Positions 26,581 through 40,805 of a stretch of DNA of 64,000 nucleotides are shown one piece after another. The notes below the pieces were generated by a model. The model was not told the origin of the DNA and did not search any database. It saw only the letters and a program-made list of their open reading frames with translations. Source of the DNA: the human T2T-CHM13v2.0 reference genome, Homo sapiens. Positions within the stretch are counted from its first letter, which is position 1. Each line of letters starts with the position of its first letter. The DNA is taken from NCBI RefSeq assembly GCF_009914755.1, contig NC_060935.1; one strand, 5' to 3'. A program made the translations under genes and the position numbers.

Positions 26581-29500
26581 CTGTGCCAGAGACAGCAGAA
26601 GGGCCCACGGCTGTGTAGATGTGGCCTATTAGCCTCTCAAGTCTAGAGCAAGCCCCTCAGTGTGGGGCCCCTCCCTAGCCGCACTTCCTGCCACACCTGT
26701 CCTTCAAGCAGCCGCCTTTCTTTAGAACCCCACGTCTACTGTGGTGATCACTCTGCATAGCTGCTTTAGAAACATATGAAGATAACAGAAGGATCTCATC
26801 TGCAACCCAGAGCTCTCTGTGCCTGGTGGTGACTCCCAAGAAGCTCCCATAAGGAAGAGGTCCCTCAAAGAACACACTGAACACAGTGGACCCTCTGCTG
26901 CCAAAACAGGCAGGGAAGCATCTCCTGGAGCCTGCTTGGTCAGCTCTGCTCTCAGAAGCTTGGAGGGCAAACGGGGGTGACTGGACCCAGCTGGAATAAT
27001 GGAAAGAATGGGAACTAGCACTTAGAAGCACCTACTGTGTTCCAGAAATTCTGGTGCATTTATCTGTGTAGCCTTCAAAATAGCTCTGTTGGGTTGATAG
27101 TATTTTTGCCCCATGTTATGGTATAAGAAACTGAGTTCAGAGAGGTTAGGTAACTTGAATCAGGCCATAAAGCACTTAAGCCCAAACTTAACTGGCTCCA
27201 ACATCTCCATCATTTCTATTCTATCCTCCGACCTCCCCGACACTGTCTGCTCCTTAGGGTCTGTGAAAGTCAGGAATCCCCAACTCAGTCTCTTAGCTGG
27301 CTGTCCAAGTAGTCCACCTTCCTCCTCAGGGCTCCCTCACCCACACAGCAGATGGGCATCTTTCATCCTGCAGCTAATTTTATTTCTCTTTTCCCATTCT
27401 TCTCACCCTCTTGGCTCAGTCCAAGCAGGAGAGCAGGAGTCAGAGCCAGAAGCCAGAACAAGGCTCTCAGCCCATCTCTTTCTCCAAGGGGCAGGCAGGA
27501 AAGGAGACAGTGGGATTCCCATCAATGCTGAGTGCCAAGGAGGGGTCATCAGGAAAGCCTGCAGATGGGGTCTCGGTCCCAGGCCTGGCCCCATTGCAGG
27601 GTGAACCCTCTCCAAACTTTCCTCTCTGATCTCCAATTCCCCAGGAGAAGCTCTGACATCCACAGCCCTTGCCAGGATCATGGGGAAGGTGGGGTTGGGG
27701 AAGCACACACCCCAAGAGGCTATTATCATTCTGTGGGATGGGCTCTCTGTCTCCGTCTGACTTTTCCTCTCCAGGCCAGAAGTAGACCTCAGGCTCAGCC
27801 TGGTTTGGGTGCTATGTCCCTCTTTGAGACCAATTCTTGGGAGGTAGTTTGCAGTCATTGGAAGGGCTCAGGATTAGGAGTCAGAAGACTTATGTTCTGT
27901 TCCCATTTCTGCCACCAAAAAGCAAGGTGGGTTGGAATAAGACAGTTTGCCTTTTTGGGCCTCAGTTTCCTCTTCTGTAGTAATTGGGCCAACTAGTCCA
28001 CTCAGATTCTCTAAATTGCTTCTCTGAGCTCTGGAACTTCCTTATATGTATTCCATACCTCCCTGCCCCTACTGACATGCCTTCCAACCCCAACAGCCCA
28101 ATGTTTCTATCCTATCCAGACCCTGCCAAAATAGAAAGAGTACAAGGCAGTTGGTTTGTTGGTGTTATGACTTCTTTTCTTTTCAGGCAAGAAGTCAGAT
28201 TTAAATTGTGCCTCAATCAGCACCGAAGCTGGAATGCTCAAGTCTCCTACACAATGGCTTACATAAAAACAGCTCACCTCTCATTTCTCTCTCTCTTTGT
28301 TCTGCTCTTTTCCAATCACTCGGTCAAGTAATATCTATTAAGTGGATATGTCTGCAAGGCACTGCGCAGAAATGTAATCCAAAATGACAAGGTCCTTGTC
28401 CAAGAGGAACTTAACAATTCCACAAGGATCCAGCACAGATGGGAGCTTTAAAGACAGCCCACTGCCCTCATGCAGGGGGGGAAGATAAAGGATTTTTTTA
28501 ATGCCTTTTAATGTTTTAAAGTTTCTTTTACCTACTTCAGTTGTTAATTTTATAGTGACATCATGTTTTTGGTGTCTGTCTTTGAGTGTTAAGCCTGTCT
28601 TCTGTCTCCTCATCCAGGGAGGAAGTCAAGCTGCTCCAGACATCAGCACTCCACTTCACAAACTCACCACCCATGCTCTCTCCTGTGGGGACCTCAGCTT
28701 TGCACCTGGATGTGCCAACCTGGCTCCTGCATTTCCATACCCCAACACAAGAGTCTCAATGCAAGGGTTGTAACATGCCAGCAGTGTCTGTACAAGCAAA
28801 CGATGGCACTCGTAGCATATGGAGGGCGTGGGGCAGTGGAGCTGTGCCTTCCCCTCTCCTGAGGCCCCTGGGCTTCGAGCAGTCTTCACGCTCCTGAGTT
28901 CTTTCTCAGAATTCCCTCCTAAACCTCTTAGCGAGTAAATGCTGCTTGCCATATCCTCTCTTCCTTTAGTCTTGACGCCTAAATACTCCACATCTGCTCC
29001 ATAAATAATAACTTCTCTAGAGCTCTTTATAATTTACGAAGGGCTTGCACCTGTAGTTTCTCATTTAATCTTCTCAACCATCCTGCGGGACAGGGTTATT
29101 ATTGCTCCTTCTTTACAGATAAGAACCTGAAGCTCAGGGAGATTTAGTGAGGGGCCCAAAGCCTCACAGCTGGACCCAGCTGAACTAAGCTGGACTTAAC
29201 CGAGCTCTTTCGGCTTCTATATGAAATTAGAGGGAGAAACTGCTTCTCCCCACTGAGTTCTCTCCTCCCCTAACGTGTCACATCCCCTGCACCTGGTGTT
29301 CTGGGAAGCTCACATCTCAAGCTCTCTCCTGGACTCCTTATACTGCACAGAGCCCAGAGCTCCAGACACAACAAGAGGGGGTTCCACAGAAGAAGGGGAA
29401 TAAAAGAGATAAAAGAGAGCCAAGGGCACCTGCTGCTCACTCCCGACCTGGGGACCAGGCAAAGTGGCCCAGGCCAACGTTAGAGTCCTCTGTGGTGGGG

Positions 29501-32500
29501 TCAAGGGTTTAAAACACATAGTGTGGTTTCAAGGGTTTCTTAGGGTTGATTTTTTTTTTCCTAGACAAATACAAAGAAAAATGAAGAAAAAATTAGGACA
29601 ATGTCCCAGGAGCCTCAAGTAAAAACTAGGAAGCAGCTGGTGGTGGAGGAAAAGCCACGCCAGGGAGATAGAAATGGAGTCTCCAGGCCGGCTGAGGCGT
29701 GTGTTTAATGGAGGCCGGCTGTGCAGGTAGAGGACGGAAGTGTCGGGAGCCCTCCCTGCAGAAGAGGTGTGTCGACCCCACAGCTGCCAACGTGTCCCAG
29801 AATGAGGCCCCTCGTGAGTCTGCAAGGGCTGGAAAGCAAGCCTGCCCCAGGTATGCGTGGGGCGGGGGCTGAGCCTCCAGCGCCCCCAGTGTTCATAAGG
29901 AAGAGGTGCGTGGGAGCTCCCTGGGGGCTCAGGCCAGGGTCAGGAGCTGTGGAGAACTGCGACCACCCTGCTCCTGGCTACCTCGAGCCCACGCTGGCTC
30001 ATTTGGCAGTGAGAAGACAAATGCCAGGTGGGGCTTAGGAGGAGGACGGTGGGGAGCATAGAGAGGTCGGTGGATGAGAAAGACGGGAGGGGACTGGGGC
30101 AGAGGAAAGGGCTGGGCCCCCAGGATGAAGGGGAAAGGCAGGCAGGTGATCTGCAGGTGGGAAGGAGAGAGAAGATGGGAGCAGAGAAGAAACCATGAGG
30201 CCAGATAACAGGGCAGAGAAAGGAGACGGAGAAGCCACAGGGGCTCGGGGAGTGACGTGACATGTGGGTCACCTGTGAGGGCAAGCACCCCAGTCCTCTC
30301 TTCCTAAAGGCTGGTGGAAACAGGGGGTAGAAGGTGCCGGATGCCTGCCACTCATGCCCTCTCCTGCCTTCCCCCGTCTCCCTCATCTCTGTACCCTCCC
30401 CTGGGGGCTGAGCCCAGGTTCTGCTCTGCTTCTGAGTCCTCTTGTCCCTCAGTTGCCACTTTCTGCGTTTTTCCAGACTCTTTCTGTCCATTCACCTGCC
30501 ACAGACAAGGGCTAAAAATTCAGAAGCCAAGTTTCTGATGCCAGCTCTGTTCCTCAAATGCTGGGCCGCACTGGTGGAGTGCCCTCTAGTCTGAACTCCA
30601 CAGCTGCTTCATTGATACCCCTCCCACGGAGTTGTAAGGGGATAATAGAGCGGATGAAAACGGACTGTAAAAGCACCAAAGGATGAAGACACTTTGGATC
30701 CTACGTTTATTTCCAGGACTGAAGCCCTCGGGTTTCTTTAAGAGGAGACGTCCTTGTGCTCGTCCTTGTCCTCGTCCTCCTGTGCACCATGGCTTTTGCT
30801 GTGGGCCTGACACACCTTGGGGCTGCCTTGTTTCAGGTCAGAAGAGGAGAACTTGTAGAGTGAGCCATGCTTGGGTGGAAGGTAGGTGGGCTCACCAACA
30901 TCCTCTACACAATTAGTACAGACTGTGATCTGAGGTGGCGTCCTAGAGCTAGAGGCTAAGAAGTCTCATGCCTGAAGCAGATCTAGGCATTTAACACGCA
31001 GAATAAGCTAGGTGGGTTTTCAAGGAGCTGCTGAATATGCATGAGAGGCAGCAAGAGAGAGAGCAGGAGAATGAACATGGGGGAGACGCAGAGAAGCACA
31101 CAGAGGCATGACTGATAAGGGCAGAGGAGGAAAGAAGGTCTCGGAGACCAGGGCATGAATGTGGTTGCACAGAGACGGGGAGAAGGATGGGGAGAAATGA
31201 GGAACAGGAAGAAGATTCCGAGAGAAATAAAGAGGCCGAGAGGAGCTGAGCCAGGCAGCCGGTGGAGCAGGCAGATGGAACAACAGAGACAAAGAACAGA
31301 GCCACAGAGTGGGCACACAGCAAGGCCTGGCAGCCAAGCCCTGTGGGTTTGGTGGGAGCAGATGCTTGTATGGGAGCAGCAGCTGATGGCCCCCAGCACG
31401 TGCATCCTTGTTGACTCCAGGCCCAGCACAGCCTCCTCGGCAGCCGGCCTTAGCCTGGAGGAGCAACCCTGGTCCAGAGAGGCAGACGAATGGCAGCCCT
31501 GCCCCGTGGGGGCTCCGGTTCTTCTCCTCCATCCTCCTCCAGGCTCCGCCCACCTGCTCCGTCTGCCTCCCAGGGCCTCGTGAATCCCAGGGAAGCCATG
31601 AGCTGCCACATCACGCCCGGAAGGAAGCGGGCTGCGTTGGAGGGGTGAGTGTGAACCGCTGCAGTGTGCTTAGCTCTTCCTCGGGTGGGAGCATGTGCAG
31701 GGGTGTGCACGCTGTGGGAGGGGCGAGAGGGGGAGAAACGTCTGGGCTGCACGGGAACTAGCGCCAAGAGGCTGGGACGAGGCGGGGTGGGGACAGATCC
31801 CCGGCAGCACTGCTGGCACAGCTGCCACGCCCAGAGCCCTCTCCACCCCTGGCTGCCTGGATGTGAGCATCTGCAGCTCCTTGCCGCCACCCAAGCCACC
31901 AGACTGCCATAACCTCTGAGCGGAAAGGATCTGAGTGGACCCTGGTTTTTGGGTCAGAGGAGCCTTGGGGCTTCCTTGACCTCATTCTCTCCAGCTGCTA
32001 CCCACAGGCCATTTTCCCATCACTCTACAATAGTCTGGTGTGAGTGGTGCCCCCACCCCAAGAAGCTCAGAAGGGCCAGGGAGAGGGAGGTTTCCACCAG
32101 GACCTAGCCTTCGCCCCAGTCCAAAGGCAACTCCCACACTGCCCTCCACACCCCCTCAAGCCCCTCCACAAAGGACATCGTCAGAACACTACAGGGACAC
32201 CCCGACATCAGGCTCCCCACTGTGCCTGGGGCAGTCCTCGCTGGTCCCACACCCAAGGTCAGGGGTGCCTGCCAGTGGCCCAAAGTGCACAAGAGGCAAG
32301 CCCTGGGAGGGAAGAGGGTAGAGGGGAAGCGGGTGGGGAGGACAGTGTCGATTGCAGGCGCAATCCGAGCAAAAGACGGGCACCACAGGAGCCAGATGGG
32401 CCAAGAAGAAACAGAAGTTCAGTAGGAAGAGACAGATAAACAGCAGACACCAAGCAAGCAGCCAAGCATATGCTTTGCAAGCAGGCAACACAAGCACCCA

Positions 32501-34884
32501 GTAGGGTTTGGGGGCTGGGGAGGGTACATGAGCCCACAGGGAGGGGGACATTAGGTTTGCTGTGGGCTGACTCTGCCTGGTTAGAATCAGTGATCTAATC
32601 CTCTCCACGGAGCCTCAGAAACATGGAGCTGCAGCCGGTGCTGGCAAGGAAAAGCAGCGTTTGGCAGGGTGGAAGGAAAGAGTGCTTATGCTGGTGCCCG
32701 AGAGATTGGTCTCTGGTAGAAGAAACATAGCCCCAGACTTGGAAGCCCGAATAGCCACGTGCTGTCTCCAAGACTCAGAGCAGAGACCCCTAAAGCTGAA
32801 CCGGATTCACAAGAGGAGCAGAGGACCGCCTCCCGCAAACCCGGGAAGTCCTTGAGCCCTGCAGGTGCCGGCTTTCCCTGCTAATGAAGCCCATCTAGGC
32901 TGGAGCCCTCAGTCTGGGTGATGTCATCCTTTTGAGCTTCAGGCAGGCAAGGGGTGGAGCCAGGCTAGAGCTTTGCAGAGTTTGCACGCTCCACCCCTGA
33001 CTGCTCTGACTTCTGGGCCCTGTCTACCCAGCTCCCTCTTGGCCACGGCTTCCTGGCCAGCCCTGCTGGAAACCGGGAGCTGCTGCAGAGCTGGAGGAGG
33101 GAGGGGGTCACCCAGATCACCTCTGCAGAGAGCAGGGCCTGGCCGGGGATGGGCTTCACAGAGGCCCTCTTCCACCCATCCATGCTTGTTCCTACGTTCA
33201 CTTCAGGGAGCCCTGAGGTTTTGCGGGAACCCAGGGTCCTGGGACCCCAGCCTCAGCCTCTCCCCTCCACCTAGCATGTCCAGAAATGCTCATCTGCAGT
33301 ACCAAGTACCAGGTGTCCCAGTGGAATTTCTTCTCTGAATACCACTCCGGGGAGGAATAAAACTGAGGGAGATAAGCACCACCCTGGGTTTGTTCGTGCT
33401 GAGCTAAAGGAATAAAGGCTCTGCACTGAATTGGAGCCTGTTCTAAGCCCCAAGGCCAGCCAGCCCTCCTGCAGAATGGTGCCTTCACCTCTCACATGCT
33501 CCTGCTGGACATAAGCCAGCGCTGTGCCAACTGCTGGCCTCCCTCTGATGCTGGCATTGGCCCCAGCTTCCTGCCTCCCCTCCTTCAGGGCTACCCTAAC
33601 CCCTACCAGCCACCATGGCTTGAAGCATTGAGGTCTCTGGACTAGATAAAAATGTGGTCTTCCTCTGCCCATCATAGATGTGTAGGTGCTACTGGGGGTT
33701 TCCTCTGACAGCCCTATGCCTACCCAGGGTAACACAGGTGCAGGAAGCAGCCCCGGCTGGTCGGGGAAACTCACCACACCACAGGGCCTCTTGTTTGGAC
33801 TCAGCTGCTTGGCACAGCCCCAGTGCCCAGGAGCAGAGAGGAGCTTTCCCAGGTGCAAGCCCTCAGAAAAGCCTGGGAGCCAAGCCTCTGTGTGCCCACG
33901 TGCCCAGGGCAGATGCCCCGCTCAGTGCCAAGGCCCTCTTAGCCCTCCCCAAGCCGTCGGCTCTGTAGCCATATGTCTGGGACAGACAAAAGTGAGGATG
34001 AGGGTGACACAGGCGGAGGAAAGGAGCGGGTGAGATTTCTACTGCGATTCATGAAGCCCTGGGCTAGGGCCTCAGCAAGACCGACCGGCACAGGCCTGAT
34101 TCACAGCAGGAAAATGCTGCCCCGACTTTGCCAGCTCTTGACACACCCTGATAGCCTATAGCATCATGCATATTACACTTTGCAGTCTGCTTTCTTAGAT
34201 GTTGAATTGTATTCCCACAACATTGCCATAATGGAGATAAGGCAGATAGTATTTTAATCCATTTTATGGATGAGGAAACTGAGGTAGGATTTGAACATCT
34301 ATTTCTGGAAGGCCTCACAAGGCATGTGAAGGTATACAAAAATAAATGAGCAAAATAGCGTGTTATGAAGCCCAGGCTCCCAGAGGCCTGGTATCACCAT
34401 CCTTCCCTACATCACACAGTTTCCCATGCTCAACTCAGAATGAAGAGACACTGCGATAGCTAGGAGCAGAGGCTCTCCCCCACGGACAGCTGCTTGAGGA
34501 AGGAGTGAGGAAAAGAGAGCAGGCAATTGAGTGATGAAGTGGACTGTCGCCTGGCCTGTGTGCCTGGGACCTGGGCATGGCCCGCATATGCAGACGGCGT
34601 GAAGGCTGTTGTTTCTGTGTGCACATGTGTACATGTCATGTAGGATGTGTATTCTGTTTTTAGGCCTGTACATACGTAGATCCATTGTGTGTGCTAGGAA
34701 AGGGCATTTCATATGTTCCAGCTAACTGTATCCAGTAACATGTATGGATGGCAAATGCGCGGACCCGAAGGATAGAAAAGGAAGACGAGGATGGTTATGT
34801 GGAAACGTGAGCAGGGTCTGTACATGTTTGCTGGATGACTGTAAGAGAAGAATTATACACACGGATTCAAGAATCCGCCTGTGA

Positions 34885-35180
<296 letters not shown>

Positions 35181-35619
35181 GTGCACGTGAGCATAAGCTT
35201 GTGGGTGTGGGTGCACAAGCGTGGACTGTGTATAGCGATGGCTAAGTGTGTAAAGAGCTTGAGTACCAGCTGTAGAAGGGCATTTCCTGGGGGGGTCCCT
35301 GCTGAGACGCCAACTCAGGTGCTTCTGTGCCCTTCTTGCAGTGGGGTCCTTACAGGGCCGTCCCACGAGCCTGCTCAGAGCCAGGCAGCCCCGGCCAAGC
35401 CCGTGCCACAGTGCAGCAGCTCCTTCACCATCCACGCTCCTCCCAATTCCGCAGAGGACCCGAAACCTCAGTCCCGAGCAGATCAATTGCCGCTGATAAC
35501 ATTTAAATTCTGGCCTGGAGGTGCCGAGGCGGCCCTGGGAAAGAGGAAGGGAAAGGTGGCACGGATTTCAAGGGAGGGACTCGGAGTTAACAGATCTGAT
35601 CCTTCCGAGCCTGCAGTCT

Positions 35620-36370
35620 CTAGCCGCGCGCCCCCGCCCCCACCCCCACCGCCAAGCCGAAAACCCAATCCTGGGCCCACCCATTTGCGTGGATGCCACA
35701 GCTCGGCCGGAAGGCTTCAGCGTGGGAGGGGGTGGGGGTGACACCAGGGCTGCCCCTTGAGAGCGACACCGGCCTGAACCCCGTCCTCCCCGCGCCCCCC
35801 AGCCCCGCCTCGCTGCAGACGGTTCGCCTTGTCCACTCTTCTCGACTCTTCTCGACTCTTCTCCACTCTTCTCGACTCTTCTCCACTCTTCTCGACTCTT
35901 CTCCACTCTCCCAACCAGAGGGCCCGGGAGGGGAGCGGGAGGAGGGGCGGTGCAGGGGCGGGTCTCCTCCGAGCAGGGCGGCCCTCAGCACCCCTTCCCG
36001 GACGTGCGCCCGGCACGCCCACACTCTCGCACGGAAAAGCCCCACTTCTCCTCAGCGTCTGGGTGCTGGGCCGTGCTGGGCCCTCCCCCGTGGAACTGGG
36101 ATTTATGAAGCCGTAACCGGCCAGCGCCGCGGCAACCTCCGCTTCATCCTGGAGCCAGGCCGGCCTCCTGCGCCGCGGAGGGGAGGGCGGTGGGCGGGAG
36201 CTGGGCGGAGGCGTGGGGCCGGCGGAAGGCGGCGGGGAGCTCTTCCCGGGAAAGGCCAGCACCTGAGGCTGCACTTTCTCCCCGTTTCCCCTCAGGAAAA
36301 GACGCACCAGCAGCCTAGAATTCGAGGCACTGCAGAGCCGGAAGGGGCCTCGGCGCTGCTCCCTCCGCCC
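35620..36370. promoter_or_regulatory. CpG island, candidate promoter or enhancer
   Basis: About 750 bp of high GC and dense CpG. Multiple GC boxes (GGGGCGG), G-quadruplex-type G runs at 35920-35963 and 36177-36237, and TTCCCGGGAA at 36243-36252. Confidence 0.8.
35832..35911. repeat. 10-bp minisatellite (TC[G/C]ACTCTTC)x8 inside the CpG island
   Basis: Read directly from the sequence. Confidence 0.95.
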
Positions 36371-37151
36371 CCTCATTTCACAAACCGGAAACTGAGACCC
36401 AAAGCAAGGAAGGGACTTGGCCAAGGTCAGAGCTCACCTGGGACCACACGAAGATGATAACTTGCTAGGAGTTTTGCAAATGGGTTTGTCTACAGTTTGG
36501 TAGAATTAAAACATTGTTTTTAGTTCAGATTTGCAACAGTGGCCGGCTCCCTCTAATCCACAGTGGTGGAGCACTGTGATTGACATTCAGCTGCAAAGCT
36601 CTTGCTGGGAAACGCGGTGGCCGAGCCGTCAGCACAGGCGGCAGCTGCCTCCCACACTTAAGACAGGACTTCTAAAGCCACAGTCCCTCAAACGGCAGGC
36701 AGGTTTGTGAATGTTTCCGTGTTCTGAACATTTTTCTGCAAAAGGGTTCACAGCTTTAATTGATTTACAAAGAGACGTACACCATGGAAGAGATTGAGAA
36801 TCATTTCCTTAAAGCAACAAGAATCTAGGCTGGGGAGAAATCAGATTTTAGGAACGAGCTGCTAGGCACCGTAGCAGCATTCAGAGACATGAAAGCATTG
36901 GATTGTTTCCTAGATTTAAGAGCATATATTTTGCAACATGAAAGGGCTTCTATGCTCTAGAATGTAAGTTCCTCAAGGATAGGGGTCTAGTCTATCTCTT
37001 CACCTAAGGTATCCTTAGATCCTGGATCAGTGCCTGCGCGTAATCACAGGTGCGAACACACATGTGATTAATTTGTTAGTCTGCACAGCACTTCCCTTTC
37101 CATGCCCACTCCTGCCTGGTCTCCAGCAGTCGTCAGAATTGCCATCGTTAA

Positions 37152-37498
<347 letters not shown>

Positions 37499-40400
37499 AA
37501 GAATGACTTTGTAAATCAGTGTTGACATTCAGGACCTTTTTCATTTCGTGTTAAAGACTGATCACCCTGGGAAAATCAAGGCAGTCCAGCCAAACCCCAA
37601 CTCCCAATCAAATGCAGTTTGTATCGAACCCCACGACTGCCCAGCACCTTTGGGAAGCCCATTGCTTTCTATGCAGACGCAGAGCTCCCAGAAAGCACAG
37701 GTGGATGTGCTCAGCTTGCCTTGTGACGTGAATGCCTGAAAACAGAACAGGACTAAAAATTCACTGTCTCAGAGCCTGCAGCTTGGGAGTCTGAGTTCTC
37801 AGGGACAAGAAGAGAAGAGTTCCCAGTGTGGCAAGGACCAGGCGGACCAGCCTTAGGCCGGGCTCTGGTTCCTCCCCTCTCTGTGGATTCCCTTTGATCC
37901 TCCCCTCCTGCCCCACTTTGCAGCCTCCACAGCTTAGCTGCTAAATCACTGGGGATTAAGACGCTAGGGGCCGGAGGGGAGGGCAACTCGTCCTGGGACA
38001 GAAAGGGCTCCTTTCCTGGGAGGGGTGAGAGGAAGCTGGGGTTCTCAGGGCCCCTGGCTGGGCCAGCCTTCCTGCCCTCCCCCACCAGCCTCACCCCCGT
38101 TAGCTGAACCTCCCGTGGACAGGCAAGCTCAGAGAGGCAGTTGTGCAGCTGCTGCTTCTGTCTGGGGCTAAAAATAGTCTCCTCTCCGCCCATGTCCAGC
38201 TCAGGCTGGGCCAGAGCTCCGAAGAGGACTCACAGGCAGTTGGGGGGACAGAAGGTGGGGCCAGAGACAAGTGCCCCCATGGGCAAAGAGTAGGTGAGAC
38301 GGGGCAGGGAAGGTAGGGCTGGGGCCTGCCTCTCAGCTCTGATCCCCCAGAAACTCCCTTAGGAAGGAAATAGAGTTTCTCATCCCTGTGTTTCTGAGGG
38401 GAAAAGGAGACAGAGAAAGGTTGGGCAGGCTGACTTGGGTCACGTACCAATACCTAACGTTTATGAAGTGCTTGTCAGACACTGTTTTAAGCTCTGTAGA
38501 TGTCAAAGGACCCCATGACGTAGGTATTATTATTCCCTTTGACAGTTGAAGAGATGAAGGCGCAGAGGCATGAACTCCCGTAGCCAGAGAGTGTGAGCTG
38601 GACTCTACCTGGAGCAGCCTCGGTGCAGAGCCCATGCCCCCAACCATGTCCGTGGTCGAGGCCCAGCCCAGACAGGGCACAAAGGGGCTGAGGAAGAGGA
38701 AGTAAGATGCCAGGGTTGCCATGCAGGAGGGCAACCCCAAGTGAGATGGGCATCGTGGCCTAGGGCCCACCTTCCGGAAGAGCTCATCAGAACTTCGGAC
38801 ACACTGCATGGGCCTAGACCCAGGGCTCGTTGAGCTCCTCCCTCGGATTGGCTTCGAATTTTAGGTGAATCCTCTCTAGCAGCCACATTCACCCTTGCAA
38901 GCCTGCACTTTGTCATCTTCTGAAAAGGTGCAGGAACATGATGCCCAGCTGACTCCCAGGGAGCGGGAGCCCCAGAGGCCAGCGGAGCACAGCCGCAGCA
39001 GGCAGATCTGTTGGGAAACCACGGGAGTATAGGAGCAGGGCTGGGGGCACCTGAGGGACTGTGGAGCCTGAATTATTGAAACGCTTAGAGTAAAGCAGAT
39101 TTAGATTTCACAAAGACAGAGGTGAAGGTGGGTGAAGACGGAGGGAAGGATTTAAAGGGAAAGAGAAAGAGGAAAGATAAGAATGAGGGAGAAAGAGGAA
39201 GAGAGAAAGAAAAAGAGAAATAGAGTTATCGAAGATGACTGCAAGTCTGGCCTCTCTCAACCCAAGGAGCCAAGGAGGGGAAGGCCGGCCTGAGCAGCAA
39301 CGTAGACAAGAGCTCAGGAGGGCAGGGACAGAGCCCTGGCTTCAGCAAGAGCGTGGGGAACAGAGGGCAAGGGGGTCCATGCAGCCCAGGATGGCAGGGT
39401 GCTCATACACACAGCCTTGGTCCTGTCCCCTCTCCCATTGCCGCTTTTGAGCTCACCTTGTTTAAGGCCAAAGCACACACCATCCTCCCACAGAGCCACT
39501 AATGCAATTAACAAAACACATTCATAAATCTTGCATGGCGTCCGGAGCTGTCTCCTCTCCCTAAGCACAAAGGCCAGCTCCAGAGATGCTGTGCAGAGAG
39601 CTGTCTGACCTCTCCAGCGTCAGGGCCCCCTGAAAAGTGCAGCATAACCCTTAGTAGGACAGAAAGACCATTGTCTTCTGCCAACCATTACAAAGTGGAG
39701 TGGGGCTGGGGTTAGGAAACACAGACAAATCAGAAGAGGCTGAGAAGGCGGAGATGAAAGTGCATAGGTGTTTGCAGGGAGCTGGGGAATAGTTCGTGCC
39801 TTCCAAGCTCAACAAGAGAGCATTCAGCAGAGACCAGAGAATCACCACTTTTGGAGGGTGATTTTACCTTGTGAGAACAGAGCACAGGGTGTGTGGGACC
39901 CAGGGCATCTTCGGCAATGCGGGCGTGACTTGGCGGGATGTCGGTGTTTGTGTTTGCATGTGTGTGTGCGTGCGTGCATGCTCAGTCTGGAAAACTGGTG
40001 ACTCACTAAAACACCGAGCTTTCTGATCTGAAGAGCTTATATTCGGCTATTTTTAGCTCGTCTTGTCTCTTGGCCCTTTTTTTCCCCTTGTCTGTTTTCA
40101 AATGTAGAGGAGTCTGGAGACCATGAATGCCGTGTGTGTGTGTCTGCTAATTTAGAGCTTGGGCCCAGAGGTGGGTACCCCTGAAGGTGCAGAGATGAAG
40201 GCACGTGGGGTGTATGTGTGTACAGCAGGGACACACTGACACAGACAGGGTGCACATGCTCTTATTCTGGCATGTACACACGCGTACCATGCATACGTGC
40301 AAGCAGGAGTGAGGCCAGAAACGTCCCTGGAAACTCCGGCCTACACTCTCTTCACGTGGGTTGGTGTACAGCTACCCACTATGCATACTTCACAAGTATA

Positions 40401-40805
40401 ACTGCCTCCCCACCCCAGCCCCTGCCTCACACGACCCAGGTGGGCACACTCTCATGAGGCACATGGCCACAGGCACAGTCTGGGCCTATCTTGGGGAATG
40501 GCCCCAGCCCCTGTGCCTTGTTTCTTCTCTGTTCAGCCACTCTTCCAAAAATTATGACTTCTTCTCAAGAAGGCCTTTCTCTGCTGGTTGGCAATAGGAA
40601 ACACGAAGTGCCAGCTTCTGCACTTGGCTTCTCCTGGGACTCATTCAGCTGATCCCACCTGCCCACCACCATTGGCCGAGACCGCCTCCCCAGTCCAGTG
40701 GTCATCCAGCTACAGGGGGTCTGGCAACTGCTTAGAGAGGCCAGGCAGGGGTCAATGCTGTGTGAGCTCCGTTCCTCTAGCCGGGAGAGAGGGAGAAAGG
40801 AGAGC

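Noticed and set aside
30787-30800. miR-135-like ATGGCTTTT
   Set aside because: The match is only seed-length, with no precursor hairpin or mature sequence
35568-36457. ORFs of 112-254 aa on both strands
   Set aside because: Explained by CpG-island composition and the 10-bp repeat. No recognisable domain.
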